Part shown: piece by piece, positions 9,723-22,800 of the stretch
Position numbering within the stretch: position 1 is the stretch's first letter
How the letters are laid out: every line of letters starts with the position of its first letter
Origin: Promethearchaeota archaeon
GTDB lineage: Archaea > Asgardarchaeota > Lokiarchaeia > Sigyniarchaeales > SOKP01
Length of the DNA stretch: 64,000 bases
Direction of reading: 5' to 3'
Assembly (NCBI GenBank): GCA_030603385.1
Contig: JAUVXW010000001.1
Coordinates: forward strand, 32,001-96,000
Made by a program: the position numbers and the translations under genes
The notes under the pieces: model-generated
Seen by the model: the letters and a program-made list of their open reading frames with translations, nothing else
Database searches by the model: none
Told to the model about the DNA's origin: nothing

Positions 9723-11147
9723 TTATTCTTCGGTTAGGCTATCAATAGCATTTATTGCTGAATCACATACATAGTCACATTTATCATGAATTAATTCATT
9801 TAAACCTGAAATAACTTCTTCTGATTTTACACCTATTTTTCCTAATGCTTCAGATGATCTCCATCTAACATCTGGATTTAAATCCTCTAAGGCTCTAATT
9901 AATGAAGGAATTCCCGAGGTTGCATGAGAACCCAATTTTCCTAAAGAAAGTGCAGCTTCACGACGCACGAGACTTTTTGGATCGTTCAAAGCAAGTTCAA
10001 GGGCATATACTGAATCTTCTGAATCAAATCCAATTTTTCCCAATGCTCGTGCCAACTCTCCCCTAATAAAGGCTTTTCTTCTCAATGGATCTTTTAGAAT
10101 TGCTAAAAATGCCCTTTTTATCCTATTAATAAAAGAAGGGATATATTCTAATCCTTGTTCAGGTATCTTTAAATAGTTAATAATGGTCGGTATCGCTGCT
10201 TTAGCTTCTGTCCCAATCCCTCCGAGAGCAGAAATAATAATTATTTTCATTTTGGTACTAGCTTTTTCAAGTGCTTTTAGTAATGCAGGAACAGCCTCTT
10301 TGCCAATACTTCTAAGAGCATCAGCTGCTTTACCCCTAACTTTTTCAGAATTGGAAGTTAATAGATTTGAGATATTTTTAATTATATTCGGATCGGGAAT
10401 TTTCATTTCTCCAAGACACTCTAACGCCTCCTTTCTAATTATACTACTTTTCTGCTTTAAAACCTCAAGTAAAGCTGGAACTGCTGGTTCCCCTACTTCA
10501 GCAAGAGTATTTACAACCCTATATCGTACTCTCCAATCAGGGTCTTCAAGTGCGCTGATTAAGCTGGGGATAGTTTTAATAGATTCTTTTCCAATTAAAC
10601 TGATTGATTGAGCTGAAGCAATTCTTACGGCCCAACTTACATCTTTAAGGCTATTCATTAAATTAGGAATAGCTTCATAAGCATCCGCCCCTATTTCTCC
10701 AAGTGCCTTTGCTACTTCAGTTCTTACAATATCGCTTTCATCGTTTAAAGCTTTTATTAAACTCGAAATGGATTCTGGGGTGGAATTTCCAATTTTACCG
10801 AGAGCAATCGCAGCTTCTTTTCTGATCGATTCCTCTTTATCTCCTAATAATACAGATAAACGCGATATTGCTTCTTTAGCTATGTTTCCAATTTTCCCTA
10901 ATGAACGAGCTGCTTCTCGGCATATACTCCAATCATCATCTTCTAAGCAACTAATTATTTTTGAGACAGCATGAGCTGATTTTTGACCCAATTCTCCTAA
11001 TACATGAATAGAATTAAATTTGATTGACCTAATATCATTTTCTAAATGTTTAATTACTTCATTAATAACAGACTCATCCTTCTCGATCCTAGATAAAACT
11101 AAATCAATTCTGGCATCTCTTAATAGTTTCTCTAATGGAGCTGACAT
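9723..11147 (-). CDS. HEAT/PBS-lyase repeat protein
   Basis: Many (L)xDxxxxVRxxAAxALGxIG repeats. Confidence 0.92.
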   Translation of the reverse strand: MSAPLEKLLRDARIDLVLSRIEKDESVINEVIKHLENDIRSIKFNSIHVLGELGQKSAHAVSKIISCLEDDDWSICREAARSLGKIGNIAKEAISRLSVLLGDKEESIRKEAAIALGKIGNSTPESISSLIKALNDESDIVRTEVAKALGEIGADAYEAIPNLMNSLKDVSWAVRIASAQSISLIGKESIKTIPSLISALEDPDWRVRYRVVNTLAEVGEPAVPALLEVLKQKSSIIRKEALECLGEMKIPDPNIIKNISNLLTSNSEKVRGKAADALRSIGKEAVPALLKALEKASTKMKIIIISALGGIGTEAKAAIPTIINYLKIPEQGLEYIPSFINRIKRAFLAILKDPLRRKAFIRGELARALGKIGFDSEDSVYALELALNDPKSLVRREAALSLGKLGSHATSGIPSLIRALEDLNPDVRWRSSEALGKIGVKSEEVISGLNELIHDKCDYVCDSAINAIDSLTEE

Positions 11148-11158
11148 GATAAATTACC

Positions 11159-11872
11159 TCATATTCCTAGATATATTTCTTTTATTCGTGGTTCTCTTTC
11201 TAATTCTTCTTTTGTACCTCTCATTTCAATTTTTCCTTCTTCAAGAACATGAATATTCTCAGCAACATTCATAGCTAAGACAGCATCCTGTTCAACCAAT
11301 AATAAGGTTGTACCTTCTTGTTTTATTGTTTCAATTGCATCAAAAATCTTTTTCTTAACTTTTGGAGCCAAACCTAATGAAGGTTCGTCCATTAAAAGTA
11401 GCTTAGGATTAGACATAAGTGAACGTGCTATGGCAAGCATTTGTTGCTCTCCTCCACTTAGAGTTCCAGCTCGTTGTTTTCGTCTTTCTTTTAGACGTGG
11501 AAATGTTTCAAAAACAAAATCTCTTAGTTCCTTATATTTTTCTTTGTTTTTTATTAAACATGCTCCCATTTTGAGGTTATCTGCAACACTCATATCATAA
11601 AATAATCTACGACGCTCTGGGCAATGAGAAATTCCTTTTTTAGCAATTTTATGAGCTTTTAATTCGTCTATTCTTTCGCCTAGGAATTCTATTTTTCCTC
11701 TGTCAGGCTCTTCTAAACCAGATATTACTCTGAGAAGTGTCGATTTTCCAGCTCCATTTGGGCCGATAACAGCATCTAGAGCTTTTTCTTCAACTTTTAA
11801 ATTAATTTCTTCAAGGGCTTTTGCCTTTCCATAATAATGATAAATTTTTTTTATTTCAAGCAAATTCTGCAC
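11159..11872 (-). CDS. livF: Branched-chain amino acid-type ABC transporter ATPase
   Basis: GPNGAGKS, LSGGEQQMLA and MDEPSLGLAP motifs. Confidence 0.93.
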   Translation of the reverse strand: MQNLLEIKKIYHYYGKAKALEEINLKVEEKALDAVIGPNGAGKSTLLRVISGLEEPDRGKIEFLGERIDELKAHKIAKKGISHCPERRRLFYDMSVADNLKMGACLIKNKEKYKELRDFVFETFPRLKERRKQRAGTLSGGEQQMLAIARSLMSNPKLLLMDEPSLGLAPKVKKKIFDAIETIKQEGTTLLLVEQDAVLAMNVAENIHVLEEGKIEMRGTKEELEREPRIKEIYLGI

Positions 11873-12608
11873 CTCTTCCTAAATATGCTTCGAGCACAAT
11901 TTTATTATTAGCCACCTCTAGAGGAGGACCATCGGCTATTAATTTACCTTGATGCATAGCAAGTACTCTTGGAACTAATGTCATAAGCTCACGTAATACA
12001 TGACCAGTTATAAAAATTGTTACCCCATCTTCATGTAATTTTTTTATCAAATTAGTAATTCCTAATTGTTCCTCAAAAGACAAACCACTAAATGGTTCAT
12101 CTAGAAGGAGTAATTCTGGATTGGAACCAATAGCTTTGCCAATCTGTAATCTTCTCAAATCGCCATGAGGTAAAATAACGGGCGGTATTCTAGCCTTATC
12201 TACAAGACCAATTGAACCGAGAATTGAGCTGGCATACTCATCAGTTCCTATTTTTTTTGAAATTTTTTTACCTCTTTTTGAAAGACATGAAACTGATACA
12301 TTATCAAGAAGTGTAAGGAATTTAAATGATCTTACTAACTGAAATGTTCGAGCAATTCCTAAATTTACAATTTTATAAGGTTTTAAACCAGTGATGTCAA
12401 CTCCATCAAATCGAATTGTTCCTGAGTTTGGTTTCTCAAATCCCGATATTAAATTAAACACCGTGGTTTTCCCAGCACCATTTGGGCCTATTAAACCAAG
12501 GAATTCTCCTCGTTTAATTTCAAAACTAAAATCATTAACTGCAGTCAATCCACCAAACTTCTTTGTTAAATTTTTAACTTCTAAAATTACTCCCATATTC
12601 TTACTCAC
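11856..12608 (-). CDS. livG: Branched-chain amino acid-type ABC transporter ATPase
   Basis: FGGLTAVN, GPNGAGKT, GIARTFQ and LDEP motifs. Confidence 0.93.
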   Translation of the reverse strand: MSKNMGVILEVKNLTKKFGGLTAVNDFSFEIKRGEFLGLIGPNGAGKTTVFNLISGFEKPNSGTIRFDGVDITGLKPYKIVNLGIARTFQLVRSFKFLTLLDNVSVSCLSKRGKKISKKIGTDEYASSILGSIGLVDKARIPPVILPHGDLRRLQIGKAIGSNPELLLLDEPFSGLSFEEQLGITNLIKKLHEDGVTIFITGHVLRELMTLVPRVLAMHQGKLIADGPPLEVANNKIVLEAYLGRGAEFA

Positions 12609-12646
12609 TGATTTTTCCTATCTTTATTCATTTTTTTAAATATCTA

Positions 12647-13717
12647 TTACCTTCCAAGTAATACATCCCATAGATCTTTTAATTTTTCTAAGGCAGATTT
12701 TAATATTCCCTCTGAAGCAAATCGAATTATAAGGATAAGTAGGATAGAGAATACAAATGCGGGGTGAGAAAAAGCATCTAAGAAAACGTTTGTGGGATCC
12801 AATTCTTTTAAATCTCTAAGAGCTTCGGTTAATAAAACAAATGTGAATGCCCCTAAGGCTGATCCAGAGATTGTTGCAATTCCGCCTAATGCTGTCATTA
12901 TTAATATAATGAATGAATAATAAGGTTGAAAAATTAATGGACCTACACTTCTATTATACATGACAAAAAAACCGCCAGCAAGTCCAGCAAATAAGCTACT
13001 AATCATAAATGCAATTACTTTATATTTTGTTGTATTAATACCTGAAGCTCCAGATCCTGTTTCATCATCACGAATAGATTTAAAAATAGTACCCATATTT
13101 GTTTTGGTTATTCGGAGCATTATTGTAATAGAAATAATCATAAAAATTAAGGTAGTATAATAGACTACTATAGCATTAGTAGATAATGCGGGAACACCTG
13201 TTATCCCTTCATCCCCCCATAAATACTTTTTAAATGGTCCAATTCTATACAAGTTCATAAACATTAAACCAATTGTCATGGTGCCTAAAGCCAAGTAGGG
13301 ACCTTTCATTCTTAAACATATAATTCCTATTATGAAACCAATAAACACTGCAATGATGACCCCGACAATTAAAGCTGCCCACCACGAGAAATTATTGAAT
13401 ACAAGAGTGGCACTAACATAATAGCCCGATATTCCGAAGAAAATAGCATGTCCAAAACTAACTTGTCCTGTAAATCCTGCTAAAAAATCCCAACTAGCAG
13501 CAAAAATCGAATATATCATAGCCAGAACAAAGATATCTAAGTAATAAGGATTTTGAGTCATAATTGGAAAAATAAAGAGTATTAATAAGCAAAATAGAGT
13601 TACCCCTCCTTTGAAAGTTGTTGACCAATCTTTAAAATAACTAGGAAATCCTATCAATTTTTTATGTGCTTTTTTAAGATTACGACTCATTCCTTCCATT
13701 TTATTAATTACTGACAT
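12647..13717 (-). CDS. livM: Branched-chain amino acid-type ABC permease
   Basis: GFTGQVSFGHA, LRMKGPYLAL and IRDDE...GINT motifs. Confidence 0.92.
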   Translation of the reverse strand: MSVINKMEGMSRNLKKAHKKLIGFPSYFKDWSTTFKGGVTLFCLLILFIFPIMTQNPYYLDIFVLAMIYSIFAASWDFLAGFTGQVSFGHAIFFGISGYYVSATLVFNNFSWWAALIVGVIIAVFIGFIIGIICLRMKGPYLALGTMTIGLMFMNLYRIGPFKKYLWGDEGITGVPALSTNAIVVYYTTLIFMIISITIMLRITKTNMGTIFKSIRDDETGSGASGINTTKYKVIAFMISSLFAGLAGGFFVMYNRSVGPLIFQPYYSFIILIMTALGGIATISGSALGAFTFVLLTEALRDLKELDPTNVFLDAFSHPAFVFSILLILIIRFASEGILKSALEKLKDLWDVLLGR

Positions 13718-13761
13718 TTTTCAAATTCATCCTTAAATGTGTAATTTAATTCTCTTTTCTA

Positions 13762-14793
13762 TCAACTGATTTCTTTTTTTCCGAATAGACCTTGAGGCCT
13801 AAATATTAGAATCAAAATGATGATTATTACTGGAACTAAAGAGGAATAGACTGGATCGATTAGGTAATCGGTAGCAATTCTAGCATATCCTATAATGAAA
13901 GCTCCAATTACACTGCCCGGGACACTTCCCATCCCTCCAAGTATTACTACAGCAATCGCACTTGTTAATACAGGCCAACCTTTAAAAGGAGCTACTACAT
14001 CCAATGGGGCATATAGAATCGCGGCTATACCAGCAAGAAACGCTGATATCATAATGGTATACATAAGAGTTCTATCAGCATTTATACCCATAAGCATAGC
14101 AGCCTCACGATCCTGCGAGACCGCTCGAATAGATTTCCCAATTTTTGATTTATTTATAAAAATTATTGTCAAAGTCACAATGATTGATGATGTAATAATA
14201 ATTATAATCCAATGTACTGACAACCTCACAATTTGTGGCTTTTCTTTAAAAATTACTATTAAAATTACACTAATTAATGATACAATAAAAATTGAAATAT
14301 AATGTACTTTAATGTACTCGAATTTTTTTATAAAAATTATTACCAAATTTATAATTATTATTGATGCTACAATAATAATTAAAATATAATGTAGTTGAAT
14401 ATTTACATAATCTTTAAATATTGTAGAAATTGTATAATATTTCGGACCGACTGCCACTATTGCTAATTGTTCACAGAAAAAAGCTATTGCGAATGTTCCC
14501 ATCAACATACTTATATGAAACTCTTTTAAAGGTTTAATAATTAAGAAATACGAAACTACGCCAACACTAGTTGCGCCAATCAAAGCTATGACCATTCCTA
14601 ACCAATAACCATACACTACTCCAATTTGCATATTTGTAATTATATAAAATGCATATACTCCGACTAAATAATAGGCACCATGAGCCAAATTCAATATACC
14701 ACCTACACCATAGACTAAAGAGTAACCCAACGCGAGTAATGCATAAACAGCTCCTTGTACGGCACCATAGATTATTATTTCTTCAACAACCAA
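13762..14793 (-). CDS. livH: Branched-chain amino acid-type ABC permease with internal TM triplication
   Basis: YALLALGYSLVYG, LNLAHG, IRAVSQDREAAMLMGIN and ILGGMGS motifs. Confidence 0.92.
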   Translation of the reverse strand: MVVEEIIIYGAVQGAVYALLALGYSLVYGVGGILNLAHGAYYLVGVYAFYIITNMQIGVVYGYWLGMVIALIGATSVGVVSYFLIIKPLKEFHISMLMGTFAIAFFCEQLAIVAVGPKYYTISTIFKDYVNIQLHYILIIIVASIIIINLVIIFIKKFEYIKVHYISIFIVSLISVILIVIFKEKPQIVRLSVHWIIIIITSSIIVTLTIIFINKSKIGKSIRAVSQDREAAMLMGINADRTLMYTIMISAFLAGIAAILYAPLDVVAPFKGWPVLTSAIAVVILGGMGSVPGSVIGAFIIGYARIATDYLIDPVYSSLVPVIIIILILIFRPQGLFGKKEIS

Positions 14794-15207
14794 ACGAGAT
14801 TATCACCTTACTTGATAATGGTCATAAAATATGTCTTAATATAATAAAGATATTTTGTATTTATTATATAAAAAGCTTGTTATTCATAAAAGAAACATAA
14901 ATTTTGTTAAAAAAAGATTTATAATTTAAAGTAAGAATTAAATAAAATGCAAGATATAATACTTTTTTATCAATTAATTATCCTAAATCCTTAACCTTTC
15001 AATATATGTTTATTTGAACTTGTAAATATTAATCTATAATATATCTTAAAAAGTAATTAAAAATGGGAAGCTTTAACAAAACAATGGGTTTAATACCAAA
15101 ATCAAAGCTAAATAAAACCTTGAATATTTAATTTTGGGAATAATTTATTAGAATTAAAAAAAAAAAAGTAAATTAAATTTATTTTATTATTTTTCCTCGT
15201 TCGCAGT

Positions 15208-16629
15208 TTAATCGTAAAAGTATACACCCCAATCGGGTAATCTAAAGGGGTCCATATTCGAAAGTCCACCGCCGGGGAAAATACCCAAACCACTAGGATA
15301 TTGAGCAGGCCCAGGAATTAATCTCTTGCTACCATCATACCATTGAATCATTAGCCCCGTACCATATGGCCACCCATATACAGGTCCATGACTGTTGGGC
15401 CAGTAAGCACCATTTCCACCAGCGCCCAACCTAGGATTTGCCTTAGTTATTCCCTCTAATGTTGTAACTAAAACATCATTATCAAGCGATTGAGCTGTTT
15501 CAATTGCCCAAGCAAGCTGATACATTGCATCATATGATCCGACAGCTGTATAAATTGGCGAATGACCAAATTCTGTCTCATAAGCGTTCCAAAATGGGAG
15601 AGTTAGTGAGGTTTTATTTGTCTCAAATACAGATTCCATAGTTATTCCATATTCGCATTTTCCATTAGTAATAGACCAGAATTCTGAATCTTGTGCTACA
15701 ACATTAATGCCAATAGGGACACATGGTGTTTCATCATCGTAGTAGGCCGTTGCAAAAGTTGTTCCTACAGGACCAGAAAAGATAGGGATTAATATTTGGG
15801 TATTATTTCCTCTGATTCTACTCAAATATGTAGCCATTTGTGCCGGAGTTGAATCTGGGGGGGCTGCAATACTCGTTCCTGTAAAGATCAGTCCAGAAGC
15901 CGTTAAAGCTGGTGTCATAGCTGTTTCAAAATCCTCAGTCCATTCATAATCTTCTCTTATATACGAAAATCTTGTTAAACTGTGGTTAAAAATCAAAGAA
16001 TTGTTAGAATAGATGATGCTTGTATAGATTATGTGGGTTATCAACTGTATTGCTAAAGCAGTTGTGTTTAACGGGCTAGGTTGGAAAAAATATTTATATG
16101 TGTCATAATCGTCAATAACATATTGACACCAGCTACTAGGAGCCGCTCCAGTATTCCAGAATATAATTTCTTTTTCCATAAATAAAAGTTGATATGCCCC
16201 CATTGCTTCGGATCTGAAACCTCCTGTTACAAATTGAATTTTTTTATAATTAATAAGTCTTTTTGCCGCACGTATAGCAACTGATGTATCTAGTAGAGGA
16301 TTAGCTTCATCCGTATTTTCACTTGTAATTCCAAGATAATATGTTGTGTTACCAACGGTAATACCACCTGCAGTATTTATTTGTTTTGCGGCTAACCATG
16401 CTCCATTCTCTGCTCCTTCACCTTGTATTCGCTCTGTATCACCAATTACTCCTACTTTAATAATTTGATCTGCACTTATGTCAGTTGGAGCACCTGGACA
16501 ATCATCTGCACTCCATGCATATTCACCCGCTCCTGGAGCTAAAAGAAAAATCCATGCTCCAACTCCGATTCCTACGCCTATTACAGCAACAAGGACAATT
16601 GCTAAAATTCTTTTTGTTAATTGTTCCAT
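15208..16629 (-). CDS. ABC substrate-binding protein (LivK/PBP1 type), N-terminal membrane anchor
   Basis: N-terminal TM helix, IKVGVIG, AAKQIN..GGI, GGFRSE and YDAMY motifs. It heads the liv operon. Confidence 0.88.
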   Translation of the reverse strand: MEQLTKRILAIVLVAVIGVGIGVGAWIFLLAPGAGEYAWSADDCPGAPTDISADQIIKVGVIGDTERIQGEGAENGAWLAAKQINTAGGITVGNTTYYLGITSENTDEANPLLDTSVAIRAAKRLINYKKIQFVTGGFRSEAMGAYQLLFMEKEIIFWNTGAAPSSWCQYVIDDYDTYKYFFQPSPLNTTALAIQLITHIIYTSIIYSNNSLIFNHSLTRFSYIREDYEWTEDFETAMTPALTASGLIFTGTSIAAPPDSTPAQMATYLSRIRGNNTQILIPIFSGPVGTTFATAYYDDETPCVPIGINVVAQDSEFWSITNGKCEYGITMESVFETNKTSLTLPFWNAYETEFGHSPIYTAVGSYDAMYQLAWAIETAQSLDNDVLVTTLEGITKANPRLGAGGNGAYWPNSHGPVYGWPYGTGLMIQWYDGSKRLIPGPAQYPSGLGIFPGGGLSNMDPFRLPDWGVYFYD

Positions 16630-16823
16630 TTATTAGATCACTTTTTTAAAATTTTTTAATTTTTTATAAAATTTAAATTGTCCATTAATAGTTCATTTTA
16701 ATATATATATAAATTTTATAACTTTTTGCTGACAAAATTCAAATATTACTAAACAAGTTATTAAAAAATTTTCATAGGAATAAATAATATTTTTCTACTT
16801 AATTTGCTAACATTGCCGTGATT

Positions 16824-19800
16824 TTAGCCATGAATATATATTTGCTGTATTACTAGTAGAATAATAAAGCTAATAAATAAAATAAAAAGAGTGAGAAGGG
16901 TATAAAACCTCCACTTTACTGCTATTTTTTCTCTTTCCTCCTTTCTGCGTAAATATACTAAAATTATGGATCCTACTACAGATATTGATATTAGAATTGT
17001 GGCTATATACCAAACAGGATCTATATATATAAATAAAAATGCGATAACACTACCCCAACCATAAGATAAACGTAATACTCTTCTTTTAAATATTACATCT
17101 GGATCACTTGATTTTGAAGAAGGAACAACTAGGATCAAAAATGCAAAAATCGCAATCGTCAACAATGTCGGATGAACTGGACCTAACAAAATACTTAAAT
17201 ATAGTTCGGATAGAAGAATGCCAAGAAATACCGCTAAACAAGCGCTAAATAGTATCCAAATCACTTTGTAATGAGCCTTTAAAAAGTTAAAGAATATTCT
17301 GAACGCTTGATTTATCAGTTGCTTGATTTCTCTAAAGAATTTAACAAGAATATCAACAAATTTGTTGAAAAGTTCACGTAATTCTTCTAATAAAAATACA
17401 AAAGGATAAATTAGAATCATTAAAATAACTAAAGCAGGTATAATCTGCCAAAATTGAGATAATTCAGATATAATTAAACTTGATAATGAAAATATCGCAG
17501 CCCAAAAAGCGAATGCTGTTAAAGAATGCTTTCTAAAAGGCTTAACTATTATCCCTAAGAAAAATATAAAGTTTAACGCGGCAACACTTAGATTTAATAG
17601 AAGAGTGGTGTTTGGAACAAGTCCTAACAGTATGAAAATATCGATTGATAACAAAAGACCAATTGTTAGAAATGAAGCTTTTCTAAGAGTCACTAAGGAT
17701 TTTTCTTTCACCGTTCCTATGTATTTGTCAATATACGTGAAGACAAACAAGATAATAGACGAAAAAATAAATAGATTAAGTAGATGTACAGGATCTGAGG
17801 TTACAAAGTAAATTGGCCAACTGATAAAATTAAAATATGAAATAGATATAAGATAGAATCTAAGTCGCCTTTTATGTGAAACAATATATTCCCAAAAATC
17901 CAATATTTTGAATAAATATGCTGTCTCAAGGATTAAAATAAAAAATATGAGCGGTATTGACGTAATTAATAAAGTGATAAGGTAAGTAGTATAGAGCCAG
18001 GTTGTTGTAAAGGTTATTATAAAAATCCAAGACATTATTCTAAGATAATTAGAAATTCTTCCTAAAAATTTCAGAATGTAAACATCGATTATCATTAAAA
18101 TGTGAACTGTAATGCTAAGGTTTAAGAATATTAATGTAAGTGGGACATTAAACGAAATTAGCACTTGGAACAGGGGAAGAACTAAACTTATATAGAAAAA
18201 CGTTCCTAAAACCTGTGTCATTTGGGATCTTCTTTTTTTAATAGATTCTACTCTATTTGGATATAATTGGCTCAGTGAAGCAAAAAATGAATAATTCGTA
18301 TAAAATTGCATCAAGATAAATATTAGTATTTCAAAACTTAGTAAGATTGGATATTGTACGACATACTGACTTAGAATAAAAACGATCATCAATGTAGTTA
18401 TAAAAAAGCTAATAGTATGGATAAACTGAGCATAACCTTTCTTAATTCTCTTTATAGAATAAATATCTAATAATGTAAATGCAAAAAGGATCAACTGAGA
18501 TACAAGAATGCTTTCGAAAATTCCTGTAAATTCAATCATTAACCCGTACATTAATAAACTGATCTCAAAATATAGAAGTATTATGATTGATGAAACAGAT
18601 TTAGTTATGAATTTAGGATGTTTTATTTCAAAGAATAAAACATTAAGATTTTTAGCTAGAGTAAACAAGAAACACGTTTCAATTAAAATAAGTAGGGAAA
18701 TCGTGAAATAATTTACTATATTAAAGATATTGAACATACTTATTAAATATGTTGCTGTAAAGACCATTATAAAAATCCAAGACACAGTTTTTAGATAACT
18801 AGTAACTTTTCCTAAAAATTTCACACTATAAGCATCTATTATCATTAGAACATAAACCGAAACACTTAAGCTTAAAAATATTAATTGAGGTTCAACATTA
18901 AATAGAGTTAGCGCTTGGAACAGAACAAGTACCAAATTTATATAGAAGCATGTTCCTAAAACGTGTGTCATCTGGGATCTTCTTTTTCTAATCGATTCCG
19001 TTTTATTTGGATAAAATTGGCTAAATGAAGCAAAAAAAGAATAACTTGTATAGAATTGCATCAAGATAAATACTAGTACTTCTAAGCTTAGTAAGATTGG
19101 ATATTGTGCGACATACTGATTTAGAATAAAAAAGGTCATTAATGTAATTACAAGAAAGCTAATAGTATGGATAAATTGGGCATAATTTTTCTTGATTTTC
19201 TTTAAAGAATAGATATCTAATAATGTTAAAGCAAAAAATACCAATTGAGATACAAGAATGCTTTCGAAAATTCCTGTAAATTCAATCATTAACCCAAACA
19301 TTAGGAAACTAATTTCAAAATATAATATTATTATAAGAAACGAAAATGCTCTTGAGAGGAACTTAGGTTTTTTTACTTCAAAAAATAGTGAATTAAAGTA
19401 TTTTATTGTTTTAAAGCAGAAACATGTCTCGATTAAAATAATAGAAATTAATGAGAAGAAATTTAATATATTAAATAAATTAAAGATGATGATCCAATTA
19501 ATGGCGAAGAAACCTTGAAATACTGATAATAGAATAACCTCAATTGAAGATTTCAATCCCGTATCAATTCTGATAAAAATGTAGCTTGAAATAAATAATA
19601 ACAGAAAAGAATTTTGAAAAAGTAATAAAAAATAGCTAATCCCTTCCAGTTCTTCAAAGAGCATTAGAATTCCATTAGTGATCATATCTCCCAAATAAAA
19701 TGAGCCTGAAATAAATAAGATGTAGAATAACACAACCCGTAAATTGGAAATTGCTTTTTTTGAAATATCTAAATGAGAAAGAAAATAGAGGGAACTTTGA

Positions 19801-22800
19801 TTTAAAAATGACCATGATAATATTAAGAAGAACCAATTTGAGTGGAATATAAATAAGAAAACAGATAATGTATTGATGAATGCTAACCAAGACCAAAAAG
19901 TGAACTTGTCTCGTATTGAATTGAATAAATAATAAAAAAATCTTCTGTCTATTATGTATGATTCAAAAAATATTCCGCCGCTCAAAGTTAATAAAAAGGA
20001 AAACAAAACTATGATAAAATCTAAGTTATTAAAAACCATAAAAAGTAAGAGATTAGTCGCCACAGATATTGGAATAAGCAAATATAGAACAAAACAAATC
20101 CTATTGAAATAAAGAAGTGGATCTCGTATTTTTAAATCAATCTCTGATTTTTCGATATATTTTAAACTAAATAATATAAAAATTGGCCAAATTATCAGAA
20201 AATCAAGAATATGATAAATATAAATAATATCGTTAAATAAGAGCTGAGTAGTTAAAAGAGGAATTATAACTGAAATAAATAATGAGAAAAAAACAGAATT
20301 AAGTAGAAAACAAGTGAAATTTAGCATTTTGATTTGATTTTTTTCTTGGTAGATCTTCATTAGGCTATTTTTTATTTCTTCAGATTCATCTTTTATAATA
20401 GATTTGAACATATTAATTAAAATCTGGAAGAAGATGATATATATCGTTGAAAAGGCTGAAAACGCTAAAAGCCAAATGTTCCTAATTACTTCGAATGTTA
20501 GTAATAGTTCTAATATAGGTAATGTTAAAGGAATCGGAATTAAGGCCCAGAGAAAATATCTATATTCAATAATCAGGAAATATAAAAATATTAAGAAAAT
20601 TCCCGAAAATGTAGTAATTAAAATATATGGCGTTAAATTGAATAAAATCGAAAATAAGGACGTGATGGAAGAAGAAGTTCCAATTGCCACAATTAAAAGT
20701 GGAAATACTCTATTGATACGAAATTTCATCTTATAGCGATTAAAAATAAAAAATGAGCATCCAAAAACTGTTAATGCTAAAAAGAAAGAAAAAATCTCCA
20801 TTCTTGGCAATAAGCTAAAGGTGTTAAAAGTTAACCAAGAGAAGTTTATTATTAGAATCCATGAAAGAAAATTATCAACTGTTTTACTTACAAATTTAAG
20901 TGGTTTAGACGAAAAGAGGCTAAATCCCATTACAATAAAACTAATATTGATGGAAAAGAATACATCTAAAATAACTGAATATAATATGAAATAAATCGTG
21001 AGAAAAATCCCGATAAGAACTACAAAGTAACTGAATATTAATATTATACCTATTGATCTAATATTAGGAAAGAAGGAATAAACAATTAAAAATAACCCAA
21101 TGACTAAAAGATCAATAGAAATTGTAATTTCTAAAGAAACTCCTATTGAAATTAAATAAAAAAACAAAAATGTAGCATTAATCACTGTTAATGGGATCAA
21201 CCAAAAAATTGATGCTATTTTCCAAAATTTAAGTCCTATTAATAACGGCATTAATAAAATGACTGAAAACAAGACAAATGAAAGGTTTGTTAGAAGGATA
21301 TCTCCTGCAAATAGATTTTGGCTAATCCAATACAATAAAAATAAACTTTCAGCCCAAACTATAAAGATTATATTTAAAAAGTATTTTTTAATTTTAGAGT
21401 ATATTACAGGTAAGAAGAATAAAGAACAAATTATTATAGATATTATTGATGAGCCACTGAAATCACCACCAAAAAGGCTTACTGATCTTCCAAGAACATC
21501 GATTCCTCTTAAACTTTGATATATTATTAAAAAATTAACAAAAGGCAAAATATTCCAAGCATACCAACCTGACTTCCAGATAGCCCAAGAAATTCTCCAC
21601 TGATAAATTCCAATGGAAAGGTAAAAAAGAAAAACTGCAACGTTAATTACAATTATTATTGGAATGGGATCTCCAAAAAGGGACGGGAACGGAGAAACTA
21701 TGCAAAAATACAAGAAAATAGGAAAGCAAATGTTAATCGCAACTAAAGTGAAGTAAAACGATTTTTTTCTAAAATTTGCAGGTGCACTGTTATATAATAT
21801 TACAAATGTGAATCCAGTAATACTCATAGTCAAAGTAAAGGTGAGGATTGGACTGAAATTAATGTAAAGTGGATTATTGAAAAGTGTAGTATAAGAAATG
21901 AAACTGATAAAGTCAAATACAAGCAAAAGAACACAAGGTTTAATAAACCACTTATATAATTCATTATTCTGGCGATAGAAATAAATCCCCATAAATAACG
22001 AAAATATGAATAATGATATTGTTATATTGTAGAGAATGAGAATATTGGTATAAGAATTTAGAAAAGTAAAAGACAACAGGGAAAGGAAGCCATATAATGC
22101 AAATTTTTCAAGATTATTATTTCGCTTATAATTTAATAATATTGAAAAAAGCAAAACGGAAATTAAAGTCAGTAGATATGTACTAGTCAAAAATCCAAAT
22201 ATGATTAAATTAAATCCACCCAAGATCTCAAAGCTGTTAAAAATACTCAGAAGATCTATAAATATAACATAGCTCAGGAGAAAATATGATATAAATCTGA
22301 AAATAATATTTAGACTTCTTCGATAAAGTAGAAGTATAATAGCAAAAAGTACAGGAACAATTAAAAGTATCCAATAAATGTAAAGAAGGCTTAAAAATAG
22401 TATAAATGAAGAGAGATAAAAACCAAATATTTGAACAGTAGAATCTATTTGTAGAATCGTATTATATCTCAAAAGAAAATAATATAGATATAGTAATGAA
22501 TTAGCAAGAATAAAGCTGATATGTAGAAATAGATAATCATTGAAAAATGATTCATTAGCTGTAAGCTGATAAAAAAGATCGATATATAAGATTAATAATG
22601 AAATGACAAATACCCCCAACATGAATCTTTTTATAATAAGTTGATTTTTTTCTGAGAAAATCTTTAATTTTTTGAAATAAGAAAGAGTAATTGGAGTAAA
22701 AAATGTAAACGTTAAAGAAAATGAAATTATCAGAGCTAAAATTGAGAATGAAAAAATCATTGAAATAAAAATACAGATAATAATTTTTAAAATCGACCAA

